The notes: generated by a model from the letters alone, not told the origin. DNA of 64,000 bases from Glaucostegus cemiculus (GCA_976551045.1 CDPCPM010000262.1:1426001-1490000); one strand, 5' to 3'; counted from the stretch's first letter, positions 39,692 through 53,898 are shown. Program-made: numbers and translations.

Positions 39692-40567
39692 TATTGGTTT
39701 ATTATTGTCACAGAGAAAATCTTGTCTTGCAAACTGGTCGTACAGGTTAATTCATTACACAGTGCTGTTACATTGAGTTATTACAGAGTGCATTGAGGTA
39801 GTACAGGTTAAAAACAATAACAGTACAGAGTAAAGTCACAGCTACAGAGAAAGTGCAGTACAATAAGGTGCAAAGTCACAACAAGATAGATCGTGAGGTC
39901 ATTGTATAAGAGAACTGTTCAATAGTCTTATCACAGTGGGACAGAAGCTGTCCTTGAGCCTGGTGGTATGTGCCCTCAGGCTCCTGTATCTCCTGCCTGA
40001 TGGAAGAGGACAGAATGACCTGGGTGGGTGGGGTCTTTGATTATGCTGGCCAGTTTACCGAGGCAGTGAGAAGTGTAGAGAGTCCAAGGAGGGGAGGCTG
40101 ATTTCTGTGACGTGCTGGGCTATGTCCACAACTCCCTGCAGTTTCTTGCAGTCCTGGGCGGAGCACTTGCCGTACCAAGCTGTGATGCATCCAGATATGA
40201 TGCTTTCTATGGTGCATCGATAAAAGTTGGTGAGTGTTAAAGGGGACATACCGAATTTCTTTAGCCTCCTGAGGAAGTAGAGGTGCTGGTGAGCTTTCTT
40301 GGCCATGGCATCTACGTGATTTGACCAGGACAGGCTATTGGTGATGTTCACTCCCAGGAACTTGAAGTTCTCAACTGTCTCAATCTCGGCACCGTTGGTG
40401 TAGACAGGTGCCTGTATATCGCCCTCTTTTCTGAAGTCAATGACCAGCTCTTTTGTTGGCATTGAGGGAAAGGTTGTTGTCATGACACCATGCCACTAAG
40501 CTCTCTATCTCCTTTACTCTGACTCATTGTCGTTTGTGATATGGCCTACTACAGTGGTATCATCTGC
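39692..40567 (-). mobile_element. Rex1/Babar LINE 3' fragment
   Basis: ADDTTVVG..., TKELVIDFRK...FKFLGVNITNSLSW...LYFLRRLKKFG...FYRCTIESIISGCITAWYG. Confidence 0.92.
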
Positions 40568-42151
40568 CAAAGTGGGCTGAACAGCCTTTGTCCTGGATGT
40601 CCATGAGGTATTAGTCTGGACCAAGTGTTTCCCAGTACCCATGTGGAATTTTGTGCTGTGCTAGAAAAATTCAGCGTCTTTACCAATTTTTAAATGATTC
40701 AGCAATTTCCAGAAAACTTAGACACTGCTCTTGCACAATCAGCAACTGGACTTGGAATAATTTTGAGGATCTGGGAATATAGGTTTTTATATTTTTCTCT
40801 TTATAATGCAGCGAAGTCATAAAAAGAGAGAATACTAGAAATGATGTAACTCTTTAACTAAATGAAAATACATCCTTCTGGTCCTCCCCAGCAGTGTATT
40901 ATTGCGTTGATATCAATGTTTATAATCTTGTAGTACTAGATGGGCAAATTAAATTTTTAAAATCTGTATCTCTAAGGCAGCCAACGCAGAATATGGAGCA
41001 AGTTATTATTTAGGGCAGTGAAATACTTATTGCAGTTTTCCCCTCATAAGGCTCTGATATGTCAGGATGAGCTAATCCTGAAGCCATTTGGCCTGACTTT
41101 TTGCCTTAATTTAGATCATCTAGTTGAGTTTCCAGAACGAGCAGATAAGGCCTGTGTTTTTCAAGATAAAATTAACTCTGCTTTGGATGATGTTGGGAAA
41201 AGATAGAGAAGATCAACTAGTGCGTACAGTGGTAGGTGAATAGAGCTTGATGTTAGATAGACTCGGAATCTTCAGAGTTTTGAATAAGCTGGAGGTTATG
41301 GAAGGTGAAAAGTGGTAAACTGAGAAGAGACAATACAGGTGCCAAAAGTTTTTGGCAGAAGATTAGCAAGAGATATCACTAGGCTGTCTTTGTGATGGTT
41401 AGGGATGATTATTGCAAATATCTCATTACTAAACACATGCAACTATCACTCTCAATGACCAATGCATTTTACATACTTCATTAAAGACTGGGGAAATATG
41501 TTATACTGAGTATCGCTTCGCTCAGCCTAGTTTCAGCTTAATAATTAATTTTTTATCTGCATGGAAACTTGCAGTATTGATCATTTTTATATACACACAC
41601 CTACTTTTATTGCACACAGGCAGTGTATATTGGAGCTATGTTGACTTGACAAATATTGGATTAGAGTTGGTGCTAATCCAGAAATATCTAAAATGGAAGA
41701 ATTTGTGCAAACAATGTACTAAATCATTTTTGATTTTTCTTCCTTGAGTACAAAAAAATGAGGATTCAGGTGGCCTAATTTCTTAGAAATGCCAGAATCA
41801 ACTGAGATAATCAACCCTCGTCATGATGTCTGACTGAGAAGAGAGGAGGACAAAATGAAGTGTACCAACTATATATTAAGTGTAGTGTTTTCAAGTAATT
41901 CTCTAGGGGCTGCAAGGACTTAGTTGATTCCTCACAAACGAATTATTAAAACTTTGGCTTGGTTCAAATATCCTAACGCATCTTTCCCTCGCCATGTCTT
42001 TTCACCCCATCCCCCTATAGGCTTGTTTTTATGCACAAAATTCAAGCAATTTTAATTTCAATGGAACCTTTTCAGTTATGAATATCTTGGCTTCCTGTCA
42101 AATATTCAGCTCATCACTTCATGTGGCTCCTTCCCTTTTTCCTTCCACCAG

Positions 42152-42322
42152 GTGAAGAAAACAGATACTGCTAAAAGTCGTCTAGAGAAAAGGAACTCTG
42201 AGCTTATGGGGCAAGTGGATACTCATAGGAGACGGCTTGATGAAAAAGAGGATGAATGTCATAATTTGGGTAACCAGCTGCAAAACAAAGAGAGTTTGAT
42301 GAGGAAGTGCATCGAGGAGAAG
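42152..42322 (+). CDS. GOLM2: GOLM2/CASC4 coding exon 2
   Basis: Polypyrimidine tract + ccag| acceptor. 171 nt = VKKTDTAKSRLEKRNSELMGQVDTHRRRLDEKEDECHNLGNQLQNKESLMRKCIEEK (GOLM2 motifs RLEKRNS, VDTH, KC..EK). AAG|GTAAGA donor; phase 0-0. Confidence 0.95.
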
Positions 42323-42881
42323 GTAAGAGGATCATGTTCATTACATTATGTATAAACCAAAGCCAGCGTTTTTTTTTAAAGTATCATTTGAAATTACATC
42401 ATGTTACACTCATAATGCACATATTGTCAGACCAGAGACTCATAAACTTGGCAAAAATGACTTTTGACTTGGCTTGTAGGAGAAGGGTTTTGGTGAATAG
42501 TTGTTTTTGCTCTGTTCCCTTGTGTGTCTAAGTTACTTGCGCTTGACTTGGCACTTCCTCAAGTTGTTGTACATAATGGTTTGTTGCCCAAAAGCAAAAG
42601 TATAATATTTCTGCACGATGGTGTAGGCACTTGCTCCGTTCCAGGCTTCCTTTGGGCAAATAGCTGAGATTGAGAGCAGAAAGGAAGAAGCAAACCTATA
42701 AAGGATACTCTGCAACACACCAGCCATTGAGCTGGTATATTGATTTAACTTCTGTGAACTGATTAGTAGCAATATTATTTTGTATACATTGCTTTTCTTT
42801 CTAGAAGGATGAAAATAGTGGTTCATATAACAAAGCTAAATGTTCAGAACATTGAAAGGGTCAGGAAATTGAATACTCCTT

Positions 42882-43110
42882 GCTGTAAGGAGTTTGTACA
42901 TTCTCCCTGTGTCTGTGTGGGTTTCCTCCGGGTGCTCCAGTTTCCTCCCACATTCCAAAGACATGTAGGTTAGGAAGTTATGGGCATGCTATGTTGGTGC
43001 CGGAAGCGTGGTGACACTTGCGGGCTGCCCCCCCCCCCCCCCCCCCAAAAATCACTACACAAAAGATGTATTTCACTGTCTTGATGTACATGTGACTAAT
43101 AAAGATCTTG
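42882..43110 (+). mobile_element. V-SINE-like copy, 5'-truncated, with expanded poly-C
   Basis: Same central domain and tail as 10425-10717. Confidence 0.8.
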
Positions 43111-46100
43111 CCTCTTACCTGTTACATTTTCAATTGCGTTTTTACGTAAGACTACAACAGATGGCTCTAAGTTGTTAAGGAATACAATTAGTAAACGAAT
43201 ACAGATGGAAAATAATAGTGCAATATGTCCTGGAAAGTGACAAACCTATTTAAGTAATAGATCAGTACCTTGGCTACAGTGAAATGAATTTTGTGACGTG
43301 CTTGTGACTTAATTCAGAGCAAATAAAAATGCAGACTGACTAGCTTTAAATAGTTTGAAAATGTAATTTCTAGGCTGTGCAGCATATGAAATAAATTAAT
43401 TTGATTTAACTTCCTTGGTACTGAATTTCATTGTAGCTATCAAATTACGGTGATGCATTATTCAGGATTGCCAGCACTGTAATTTAACCTTCGTGTTGTA
43501 CTTTTATTTGGTAGTAGTGCAATGGCCACTAGCAAATATTTTCTTCCACTAGCAAAGCTAATCAAGATCAAAGTGAAACATGATTGCAGTAACAAATTTG
43601 TCTTGAATCATATTTCAGGGTTCAAAGCCAGTCAGCCAGCATTGTGTTGAGGCTTGCACATGAATAATTATTGTTTGCTTAGTAGCAGTTATCAGAACCT
43701 AACGGGATGTCAGATAGAGACAATTAAGTTTGAGAAAATTATGTAGAGAGCAATCTCTGCATTTATGCTTGTTAACTGTGTCAAAAAATAAACTTTGTGT
43801 CAGACTGTGAGGTGTTCTGTAAGGGTTAGTGCAGTTTTAAAAATTTACTCCCATGTCATGTTCACTAAATTTTATAAATGGACTACATTCCAGATAAAAA
43901 AAACTCTCCAACCATGGGCTCTTAGGTGTTGCTATTACACATATTACAAATGTGCAGTTAAGACTGTAACTGAGTTCAGCAGAAAGTTGTCTCCTAAATC
44001 ACCAATTATTTCCATTTGGGAGGATTGGTTAAGTTCAAGAAACAGATCATTTGCCTTAGAAATCTGCATCAAAACACATCTTGTAAAAAAAAAAGTGTAT
44101 GGCCACCAGACATGCATGACTTTTTAATGAAATTGCTTAATGGATATCTATGAGTACAGGTGTATGCATGTTTGAAAGTGCTTGTAACTGGAGTCAATGT
44201 AGTGTATTAATTTCCTTTTGATGCTAATTGAAGGTATCCAATACAACCAGGGATACAACAACCGCCTTTGTGTAAAACTTGTGAGATTAGTACTTGGAGA
44301 AAATAAGGGAAGCTTGCCATTAAAGACTAATGTATTGTTTTGTTGTTCCCATCATTTATTGAAGATAAAAGTCAACTTTTCAGAGCCTAAAATAGAATTG
44401 GGAATGTATAACAGATATGTGATCTTGTGAAGGAGAAAATTTCTCAAATACATTTCTGCACCAGGGCCCCAACTTGATCACCTGTGTATTTCCTGAATTT
44501 TGTGTTTTTATTAAGCTTGCTGTTCTATCATATTAATTTGGGTACTCTTCCTGATGAATGTATTCTTAATTCAAATTGCAAAAATTGTTTGCTTATGTAT
44601 GTGAAAAGGTCACTTTAGGCAAGAGGTAACAGGTTGACTCGTAGGCCAGCTTAGAAGGGATAAAATAAAAGCAGGGAGGGGCAGACTTGCATCCTATTGC
44701 CAGTTTTGAAGCTAATTTTTTTGAACACTATGCAGTCCAGTTTTCACTTATGCAAACTGTGGACTCCATGTACTAGCTGATGTGAGCTGTGACCTTGTGT
44801 ACTATCAGTGAACAGATGGAGCCCTGCCCTTGTATTACAGAGGGACAAAAGAATGCAAGTACCTGAAGCTTGGATTTTTAAAAACTAACTTTCAATCACC
44901 TAGCTAGATTGGGCACAGTTGAGGATAAAAGGAACAAGTCAGAGCTGGTTTTGATTGATCCACAATCTTTTACTACAGCTTGTTTATAAATACACCAACT
45001 TCAGTATCTGTTTGATTGAAAGATGCTTATCCTGGATGTTATTCCTGTCTCTTCTGATTTATGATCCATTGGTTAAGATTGTTCCGCTTAAGTCACAGCT
45101 CAAATACTAGGATATGCTTGTAAATTTATTTTAAAACTATCGAGGTAGATACTTAGAATGAGAAGTGTAGCTCACTTACTGAACTGGTTAGGGAAATCCA
45201 GTGTGCAGTGTTATAGTAAAGCCTGGAAGCAAAATGATGCAGACATCAATTACAGTTATGTTTGGTGGGCTGCTGTGGGTACTTCTGGTTTAAGAATTTA
45301 GTGTGCCCTTTCAGTAACTTTGTGGATTTTTGGTAGAACAAGACCCAATTCAGCTATGATAATTTTTGTGAATTTCCTTCATCCTTGAACAACTGGAGAC
45401 TTGGATGAGGATATCCACACCCATCCTAGCACAAATCATTGCACAAATTGTAGAAATATAATAGCAGAATAAAGTGAAAAGTTCCTCTTTAAGATGTGAT
45501 TGGTATGTTTCACTAGGACTTAATTTTTACACAGAATGATTTGCATATACAGTAGAATGCACTACCAGAGGAGACAGTAGAATCTGGTACAATTACTATG
45601 TTTAAGAGGCATGTAGACAGACATTTAAATAGGCAAGGCATCGAAGGTCACAGTCCTAATGCAGGCAAATGGATTAGTGTAGATGGGTAAAACGGTCAGC
45701 ATAAATGTGGTGGGCTGAAGGACCCATTTCTTGCTGTACAAATCTATGACTCTTATTAGCTCTGACACTACAGAATTTAATGCAAAGGAAGTGTAAATGT
45801 GAAAGCAAATGCTGCAGATGCTAGACATTTGATATAAAACACAATGCTGGAAATTACTCACAGGTTGGACCACATCTGTGGAGAGGAAAAACAGTTAATT
45901 TTTCAGAACATCGTCAACCTGGAACATTAATGCTCTTTCTCACTCCATGGGTATTGCCTGACCTGAGGATATTTGGCATTTCTTAGCTTTAAGTCTAAAT
46001 GTGAGATGTATTGGGTTGATTTATGGAATGCAAAAAGTGGGAAATTATAATCCTGGGGCACAGGTGTGAGAGAGTCACTCTAGTCCTTTCAAGTCCTTGC

Positions 46101-47150
46101 CACTGATTATTTTTCTCGGTTGCCATTTTGGGAACTTTACGTTTTACTACAGTGGAGCTCCATGGTCTCAAGTTATTACCTGTACACTGAGTTGACTGAA
46201 TATAATATTCAATTCTGGAAACAAGGATCTGATATTTTTGTCATTTGTCAAGGTGTCTGAAAGAGAATTTTGGCCTAAATGGGGTCAGTATTTTTCCTGT
46301 TCCTGACTGAAGTATTCATCTTGCAACCAGATTGCCTGAACGCTCCATTGATTTGGACTGTAATTTGTTTTAGTTGCACATTTGAAATGAGAGCCGACAT
46401 GTTGATAAGTACTCCCTTGGGTACCAATTGTAAACTCTATTTCCTGTTGCTTTCTATTTTTTGTCTGTCTTGACCAGATTTAACGTTGTTATTGCTACAC
46501 CAATCTCTCACTGTTTGGTTTCTTTTGGGATAGACTTCACTAACTATAACCACTTTTTCTGCTTGCAGTTGTAACAGTTGTAGTTCTTGGGCTTCCAAGC
46601 AAACAATGTCAAAGACAGAAGTTCTGAACTTGCTGATCAATTTTGGAAGGCCATATCTGTTTACTCTCCCACTAAAAACCACAGAAGGCTAATCTGCTAA
46701 GATTTGCGGTATTATACTGTGGAATCATCTCTTGGATCCTTGGCCAGGGTTTGCATGTATGTTTTTGGAATAGGAGTCAAAGGGGAAAGTAAAATTTATT
46801 GGGGCAGATCTTCTGTTCTTGAGTTCTTGGTTGTCTGGACCACACTGTTTCTCCCAGCATTGCTCCTGTCACTGCAGTCAGCTACTTGTGCTGGAAGAGG
46901 TTTGTTCCAGAAGCTTGTGCCCTGGACAGAGTTGGCTGTTTAGAGGCACCAGTTTGTAGGGCATTAACTAACCTGTGTTGGGTTCAGCAGGTGGATTAGC
47001 CAATCCAAAAGCTGGAAAATCTTAGGAGTTAGATCTGCCGTGTTGGATTCCATGAGGAGGCCAACCAGCCAGCATGAATCCCACAGCAAGCACTTTGCTG
47101 TACAGAAACCATGATGCAGCGTTTGCTTGGGAATTTCCCAGTCGTGAATA

Positions 47151-48441
47151 TGGTGGCATGCAAAAGTTTGGGCATCCCTGGTCAAAAGTTCTGTTACTGT
47201 GAATAGCTAAGTGAGTAAAAGATGACCTGATTTCCAAAAGGCATAAAGTTAAAGATGACACATTTCTTTCACATTTTAAGCAATATTACTTTTTTATTTC
47301 CATCTTTTACAGTTTCAAAATAATGGAAAAGGGTCTGAAGCAAAAGTCTGGGCACCCTGCATAGTCAGTATTTAGTAATACTACCTTTGCAAGTATCACA
47401 GCTTGTCAATGCTTTCTGTAGCCAGTTAAGTCTTTCAATTCTTGTTTGGGGGATTTTTGGCCATTCTTCCTTGCAAAAGGCTTCTAGTTCTGTGAGATTC
47501 TTGGGCCATATTGCATGCATGGCTCTTTTGAGGTCAATCCACTGATTTTTGATTTTTAGGTTGGGGGACTGTGAGGGCCATGGCAAAACCTTCAGCTTGT
47601 GCCTCTTGAGGTCATCCATTGTGGATTTTGAGGTGTGTTTAGGATCGTTATCCTGTTGTAAAAGCCATCCTCTTTTCATCTTCAGCTTTTTTACAGACGG
47701 TGTGATGTTTGCTTCCAGAATTTGCTGGTATTTAATTGAATTCATTCTTCCCTCTACCAGTGAAATGTTCCCCGTGCCACTGGCTGCAACACAAGCCTAG
47801 AGCATGATCAATCCACCCCCATGCTTAACAGTTGGAGAGGTGTTCTTTTCATGAAATACTGTACCCTTTTATCTCCAAACTTTCCTGCGTCCTCACCACA
47901 AAATTCAGCGTCAGAAGTTTGCGAAGGAACATCTAAACAAGCCTGATGCATTTTGGAAAAAAGTCCTGTGGACTGGTGAAGTTAAAATAGAACTTGGCCG
48001 CAATGTGCAAAGGTATGTTTGGCTGAAGCTGAAGGTTCTTCCATGGCCATCACAGTCCCCTGACCTAAACATCGAAAATCTGTGGATAGACCTCAAAGAG
48101 CAGTGCATGCAAGACGGTCCGAGAATCTCACAGAATTAGAAACCTTTTGTAAGGAAGAATGGGTGAAAAATCCCTCAAACAAGAATTTGAAAGACTCTTA
48201 GCTGGCTACGGAAAGCATTTACAAGCAGAGTGCCCAAACTTTTGCTTTGGGCCCTTTTCCTTTTTTGTATTTTGAAACTGTAAAATATGGAAATAAAAAA
48301 GTTAAAAAGTAATCTTAAAATATTAAAGAAATGTCATCTTTAATTTTATGCCTTTTGGGAATCAGATCATCTTTTACTCGCTTAGCAATTCACAGTAACA
48401 GAAATTTTGACCAGCATTGTCCAAACTCTTGCATGCCACTG
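47151..48441. mobile_element. Non-autonomous Tc1-like DNA transposon (IR/DR type), rearranged
   Basis: TA at 47149-47150 and 48442-48443. About 210-bp TIRs (..gtggcatgcaaaagtttggg) with an inner direct repeat. Transposase remnants VLWTGE.K, TVKHGGG, QQDNDPKHTSK, WPSQSPDLN.IENLW. Confidence 0.93.
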
Positions 48442-49387
48442 TATGTCCTCTGCAGATCCACTCCATTATTTTGTATTGGTTTAATATTAAGTATTTACAA
48501 ATCTTTTGGGGATTCATGGTAAGTTTTCAGTTTTAAATATTTAATTTGATTTGTTAATTATTTCTATTTTGATTATTTTTGACTGACTCTCAGAAGCACT
48601 AAAATAGTAATAACCTCTTACACAGCTGATGGTGTGGTTTAGCCAGTTGTTGCAGCTTAATGGCAGCCGTGCTTCTCATTAGACTATATCATTGGACTCT
48701 GAGCCAGTTAGATTGGCCCTCTGCACCAGACTTGGGCAAGTACAGGCAAGAGGGGTCATGAGTGACAACTTCTAGGTAGAGGGACTGATGCTAAATGTAC
48801 TACTGGGAGCACACTGCTGAACGTTGAATTTCAAATTAAGTACGCATGTTCTTTTTCAGTCTCTGTGAGAAGCACGAAAGCTTGGATGGCTTTGATATTT
48901 CAGTTATCATTTATTTTACTTGGCCTTTATACCTACAGTCTGCATTTCATAAAAGATGTTTTTTTGTATTACAGTATGTGGAGGGAAAGAGAATATGGGG
49001 AAGCACTGTGTGAGTTTATTCTTATGCTACAGCATGGTTGTGGCCATTATACTTCCTAAAGACTTTAACATCAGGCATTGATAGCTACATTAAATTGAAC
49101 TCCCTTTTGATGTATAAATTACATTTACCCAGTTTCAAGCTTCAAGATGTTTTGAATCATTATATTTTGGTCAGTGTGGTTTGATCTGAATTTCACTAAA
49201 TGCTGTTTGAATTCCTGATGTGATATAACCAGCGCTTTCTTGCTTTGTGAGGGGAGGAGGTTGATTTTTATTTTTACAACTTAAATTATCTTCCTTACCA
49301 GATATTTGATGCTTCATTTGTGGGGTACGTAAAATTTTTAGGGAGCCACTGATCCCAGGTGAAATTTATGAACCGCATCGGAGGAAT

Positions 49388-49632
49388 AATAAGATATTTA
49401 TTAGTCACACGTACATCGAAGCACACAGTGAAATGCGCCTTTTTTGCATTACTGGGAATGTGCTGCAATTATCGCCACTCTTCCAGTGCCAACATAGCAT
49501 GCCCACAGCTCCTAACCTTTGTCTTTGGAATGTGGGAGGAAACCAGAGCACCCAGAGGAAACCCACGCAGACATGGGGAGAGTGTACAAACTCCTTACAC
49601 ACTGTCGTGGGCGGGGAATTGAACTCTGGTCA
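49388..49632 (-). mobile_element. V-SINE-like copy
   Basis: Same family as 10425-10717. Confidence 0.8.
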
Positions 49633-51149
49633 ATAATGTGACTATGATACCAGTTTGCTTGTTTGTGTGGAATAGTGGGTGTCAAAGGAAGCATGTGACT
49701 GAATTTAAAGTGAGTTTTGTTGTGGGATGATCTTGAATGAGAGAATATCATCAAACTGAAAGACTGCAGAGGGCATTACAGTCCCAAAGGGCCTTTAATA
49801 AAGGCAAGTGTTGCATTCTAATGAAAGAAGCCAGAGCCATGCTAGTGGGGGAACTTTAGCAATTAAAAACAGATGTTTGGATATAAATATTCTGAGGTGT
49901 AATTTGCTGTCTGATACAATGAATATATTGTACTTCATGAGTAAAAAGGTTGGTGTATTTAAAAAAGACAAATTCTGTTGATTTTAACAGGAAAAAATCT
50001 CAAGCAATGAGATTATAATTTGATGTGTGTATCAGGGAGTGGATCTGGCAGCTGCAGCAGGTTTTAAACAATTCCTTAGTCCAAAATATTTTTAGGAATG
50101 GGAATGTCTGTGAATAACAATTGTGAGTGCTCCTAATGTAGAACAAAGTTCTCGTGTAAAGCAAATGCTGAGTATAGTTCTAGTCAAAATGTTTTTCTTG
50201 GCCATTCCTTGCTCAGACACTGTACACCAGTTAATATTGATTGTAATATAAATTGCAAGAGCTGTAGCAGCTGAATTATTTCATCTAAAAGTAGCGATGA
50301 ATCTATACCTGAAGTTTGGATTTTCTGTACAAATAGAAAATTAAGAGAATTTGAGTTCCAGTCCCAAATTGCAATCTGTTTCCAGCATGAAAATTTTATC
50401 AATCTTAGTGGGAAAGCTTCTGAAGACTGAAGGAATTATTGTATCTCTGGAAAAGCCAAAATTTTCTATGCCTCAACAATATTTCATTTCCTATTGCCTT
50501 TTTTTGACGTAGCATTGAAATTGTACCTTGCCTTTTGTATTCTTGGGCAAGTTCTTTGCCAATCTATAATAAAATTTCAAAGGCTGGGACATTAACTCGG
50601 TAATCTCATGTTATGGCACTTAGCTCATCAATATTCTCTCCAGACACTCTGAGGTCTCTGATCTCATGCCAGACATAAAAATGCTGTGGAAGTTCAGCAA
50701 GATGAGTTTTACAATTCATTTCCTTGCATCTTATAACCAAAGTGATTATGACCCTAATGTAGAGGAGTGTTGGAATGCCTGTAGAAATATCTATTATGCG
50801 CAATTAGAGTATTGGAAGATGTCATTTTAAATCAGACTAGCTAATTGAGCCATAAGGTTAGAAAGTATCTAGAGGGCTTCTCTTTTTAATAGTATGAGAA
50901 TTTGTGGAATACTAGCAGACCATTCAGCCCAACAGATTATCTTTCTGCCCAACCATTTTATTAACTTTATGGTTGGTGTTCACAATGGTGGATGTGGGAG
51001 AAGCTGTTGAGGAGTTGGAGGAGAGGGATAGGGCATCAAGGGGCTGGCACACAACGATTTGTGTTATTTTTCAATGTTGTGAATTTGGTGATGCTGGCAG
51101 GTGGGACTCATACTGATTGGTATGATGGTCAGCCTGAATACCTTGGGCT

Positions 51150-52240
51150 GAATAGATAGAGTTAATAGTCAGCGCCTCTTTCCCAGAGCGCAGATGCTCA
51201 AGACGAGAGGGCATGCCTTTAAGATAATAGGTGGAAAGTATAGGGGAGATGTCAGGGGGAAATTTTTCACCCAGAGAGTGGTTGGTGCATGGAATGCACT
51301 GCCTGGGGTGGTAGTGGAGGCAGATACGTTGGACAGGTTTAAGAGATTGTTAGATAAGCACATGGAAGAATGTGGAATAGTAGGATATGAGGGTGGAAAG
51401 AGTTAGTTTGGGAGATGTTTGTAGGAGGGCACAGCTTGATGGGCCGAAGGGCCTGTTCTGTGCTGTATTGTTCTATTGTTTAATACCCTGCTCATTCAAG
51501 TACCTGTCCAGGTGCCTCTTAAATGTTGTTACTTTTCCTGCCTCCTTCCCAGGGTAACAATGGCAAACACAAGGGGGCATAATTTTAAGGTGATTGGAGG
51601 AAGATGTCAGAGGAATGTCAGGGACAAGTTTTTTTTTACACAGTGGTGGGAGTGTGGGACACACAGCCTGCAAGGTTGTGGGGCAGATACATTAGGGACA
51701 TTTAAGAGACTCTTAGCCCTCCATTTCTCTCTCATTCATGTGTCTATGTGGGAGGGAAGAGTTAACTAGATCTTAGAGCAGTATAAAATGTCAGTACAAC
51801 ATTGTGGGCCGTAGGGCCTGTACTGTGCTGTAATGTTCTATGTTCAACCACCTCCTCCTTTGGCAGCTCATTCCAGATACCAACTACCCTTTCTGTGAAA
51901 TGTTTACCCCCTCATCTCCCCTTTTAAACCTCCTCCCTCTCTCAAACATATGCCCTCTAGTTTTTTGACACCCTTACCGTGGGAAACAGAAACTGTCCAT
52001 CTACCCTATCTATAATATCATAATTTTAAATACCTCTATCACGTCACCTCTCAGCCTCCTTTGCTCCAGGGAAAACCAACCCAGTTTATCAATCTCTCCT
52101 TATAATTCAAGCCCTCCAATCCAGGCAACATCCTTGGGAATCTTTTATGCACCCTCTTTAGCTTAATCACATACTTCCTAAAGTGTGATGACCAGATCTG
52201 TGCACAATATTCTAAGTATGGCCACATTTTTTGTACAACT
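51150..52240. mobile_element. Cluster of CR1 3' fragments: + copy 51150-51478; - copy about 51485-52240 split by a + copy about 51546-51845
   Basis: TRGHAFK...FFTQRVVGAWNALP. The minus copy reads continuously across the nested insertion (cctgcctcc|accacctcc). Confidence 0.8.
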
Positions 52241-53898
52241 GTAACATCCCATTTCTATGTAATGTTTAATTTACTGGTGATTTTACATAAAAGGTTATAC
52301 TTGATTAAGTGGGTGTGAGCAATTGCTTACTGTCAATGCTGAGCATGGGAAATTTCTGTGAGTCCCTAGAACTGTAGCTTGATATTTAGAACTTTCTTAT
52401 TAATTATTGGCTTTGTTAATTCTGTTATGATGCAGAAGCTGTTTCATTTACAAAATATCTTTTGAAACATTTTTCTGGACTTCCTTCAAATTTACGTTTG
52501 AGGACATCATTAAATTTGTCACATCTGCCACATTTTTTGGTATTGATTACCTTTTAAATATTATCTTCAAATTGGGGAGTCTGGTATTGGTTTATTATTG
52601 TCACTTGTACCGAGGTACAGTCTTACTGGAGTCCTCAGAAGTTTCAGCAAACTAGCTTGTGAAGATAAGAAATGAAATAAGAGTGGTGCTTAATATCATG
52701 ACTCCTGAAATAGCCAGAACATATTTTCCATTTGAAGTGATGTGCAGGAAAATAATGCTGAAGTAAAAGACCAGTGTGATCTTACTGAATGGTGAAGCAG
52801 TCATGAGAAGCTGAATAGCTTACTCTTTTTCCCTAATGTAATTCAGTGGGCCATTTGGGTATCCTGCTGGGACAAGCCTTGTAGGTGAGCTTCATGCTGT
52901 TGTTATTTAACATCGAGTTACTGGGAAGCAATCAAGTAGTAGATTTGTTCCCCTCCATTCTAGAAATGGAGAGAGCAGTTATAATACTTCAATTACGATT
53001 AGCTGTCATCTTCCAAAGCCACCTCATCTTTTTATGGTCTCGCTCTCCCCATGTCTGTAACCTTTTCTAAAGTTGGGATTGTAGGATAGGGAAATGGCAA
53101 CATTAGCCTGTTGAACATTCCCTTTACACTGCTTTTGGTGGCTGTGCCTTCAACCATGTAGGTGTCAACTCTGGAATTCCTATGTTTAGCCTTAATGTCT
53201 TTCCATCTTTTGTATTAATAACACAAAAGTAGTAATAAATTATATGGCTTCAAGCCTGCTTCTCATAAAGTCGGAGTCCAGATGAAGGTCCAGTTCCAAA
53301 ATGTCAACTGTCTATTTCCCTCCATAGATGCTGTCTGACCTGCTGAGTTCCTCCAGCATTGTATTTCTCAAAGTCATTCTGTATGGAGATGGGCTCTGCA
53401 GCCCACTGATTGCTGATCCACATATTGTCAAAGCTGTGATGGTTCACGTTACACTGATAGTAACACAACCTTCCCACTTGATTCTGATCCATATATTGTT
53501 AAAGCTATGTGATGGTACTTGTCGTCTAATATCCCATCCTCTGACTCTGCCTCAGTTTGTCTGTGATCAGTGGGGATTTTCTGTATTAAAGACCCCTTAT
53601 CAATAAATGCAAGTTGTTGTAACTCGGCCAAACCAATATTTAATCCTTGGTCTTGTAAATTCTGAGCTACTGGATAAGGAGCCATTATGGAAATTCAAGG
53701 ATGATGTCGGATTGGGTTCGTGTAGTTAAAACTTTGTGACAATGGAACTTAGTTTTGAGTTATCAAGAGTTTGCTATTTTGAAAAATCTGAAGTAAAAAA
53801 AAATCACCAAGTTAGATTTGGGAATGTTGCATGTTGATAAGTTAATAAATACATCAAATTATTCGTAAGAGTTTACCGATTATCTTTCTCTCCTCAAG

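Noticed and set aside
47365-47745. Functional Tc1 transposase gene
   Set aside because: C-terminal fragment only, with stops and frameshifts and no DNA-binding domain.
53700-53790. Intronic C/D-box snoRNA upstream of exon 3
   Set aside because: C box is imperfect (ATGATGT), there is no convincing terminal stem, and no rRNA antisense element was recognised.
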